DNA of 32,000 nucleotides from Candidatus Nanoarchaeia archaeon (GTDB lineage Archaea; Nanobdellota; Nanobdellia; Woesearchaeales; JANQNC01): NCBI GenBank assembly GCA_028279745.1, contig JANQNC010000001.1, positions 240,001 to 272,000 of the forward strand, read 5' to 3'. Shown piece by piece: positions 31,346 to 32,000 of this stretch (position 1 is its first letter; each line of letters starts with the position of its first letter). The notes under the pieces were generated by a model. It saw only the letters and a program-made list of their open reading frames with translations, ran no database searches and was not told where the DNA came from. The position numbers and the translations under genes were made by a program.

Positions 31346-32000
31346 CGAATTTTCAGAGTAATAAACCGGTATATATAAGGGATCAGAATAAGAAATATTT
31401 TTTTGACGGCATAACCTCTTACATTGTGTTGTTTGTGCATCTTTCTGATCAACTTCCGAGCCAACTTGTACTTTTTATCAATCAACGCGAGTTGAAACCG
31501 CAAAAACAGGATTTCTTTTACTCTTTTGCTTATCTTCCTGGAAAGAGCTTCTTTTTCTACTTCATTTAGACCATACTTTTCCATCAACCCTTGCAGGCGA
31601 CCGACTTCTTCTTTCAGCTCAGGATCCGATAGAACTTTATTAGATATGCTTTCTTTATTGTCCGCATAGGTAACAAGTACTTTTTTATTAATATAAAATC
31701 TGCATCCTGCCTTGTATAACTTGACCCACATATCTAAATCCTCCATACCTTTTGCACCTTTAGTAAAATAATCTACTTTTCTTAGTATTTCTTTTTTACA
31801 TAATACTGTTGAAGGCAACGCAGACTGATACATTAAAATATCTTTCAAAATTATGTTCTCTTTTTTTATGTTTGGATTTATTTCTGATGCTTTCTTCACA
31901 CTTTTAAGACCTCTAATCCAATAGTCAGAAGACACCAGATCAACATGCTTTTCGTTAATTAATTTTAACTGTTCATCTAAAAAGTTAGGCAGCCAGGCAT
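31342..32000 (-). CDS. family 2 glycosyltransferase; N-terminus lies beyond the right window edge
   Basis: The track start at 31935 is a GTG, but the frame stays open to 32000 (...AWLPNFLDEQLKLINEKHVDLVSSDYWI...). GMEDLDMWVKLYKAGCRFYINKKVLVTYADNKESIS matches the GT2 ED..lw.rl / YR..h..S region. Confidence 0.65.
   Translation of the reverse strand, partial: AWLPNFLDEQLKLINEKHVDLVSSDYWIRGLKSVKKASEINPNIKKENIILKDILMYQSALPSTVLCKKEILRKVDYFTKGAKGMEDLDMWVKLYKAGCRFYINKKVLVTYADNKESISNKVLSDPELKEEVGRLQGLMEKYGLNEVEKEALSRKISKRVKEILFLRFQLALIDKKYKLARKLIRKMHKQHNVRGYAVKKIFLILIPYIYRFITLKIR

Noticed and set aside
1-32000. Scan for CRISPR arrays, tRNA/rRNA genes and long near-identical repeats
   Set aside because: I saw no regularly spaced 25-40-nt direct repeats, no tRNA-like GC-rich cloverleaf segments (no GGTTCRAATCC-type T-arms) and no rRNA-like sequence. 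A by-eye scan cannot exclude small or divergent RNAs.

Overview
AT-rich, very gene-dense window that reads as an archaeal genome fragment, most likely from a DPANN-type lineage (inference). Support: an archaeal/eukaryal-only ribosomal protein L35Ae; two proteins with class III (archaeal type IV pilin) signal peptides; TTTATAAA-type TATA boxes about 25-30 nt upstream of many start codons (leaderless mRNAs), mixed with GGTGA/GAGGTG Shine-Dalgarno sites; frequent 4-nt ATGA gene overlaps. I found no rRNA, tRNA or CRISPR array by eye. About 40 CDS are supported. Housekeeping or recognisable genes: L35Ae, NOL1/NOP2/Sun RNA m5C methyltransferase, aldo/keto reductase, TctA/DUF112 permease, EamA/DMT transporter, MazG-like NTP pyrophosphatase, two SAM methyltransferases, AAG/MPG DNA glycosylase, and a polysaccharide cluster (NodB-CapK fusion, Wzx-like flippase, GT2). 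Regions worth a second look: (1) a five-gene operon, RHH / SAM-MTase / ParB-Srx-like / unknown / JAB-MPN, chained by four ATGA overlaps and cut by the left window edge. (2) A Fic-toxin islet (about 3.9-6.3 kb) bounded on the left by a 60-bp relic of the neighbouring permease gene that differs from it only at synonymous sites; fic itself is bracketed by two inverted repeats built from one GC-rich half-site. (3) A membrane-anchored SLT + M23 murein hydrolase in an archaeon. (4) A 6-kb co-directional cluster of two paralogous polytopic membrane proteins with long FN3/Ig/coiled-coil tails, a coiled-coil protein, two pilin-like proteins and a 2-TM protein. (5) A HerA/FtsK-type ATPase with a C-terminal wHTH, translationally coupled to the AAG glycosylase and divergent from a triple excisionase-type HTH protein. 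All functional calls rest on motifs read by eye; no database search was possible.
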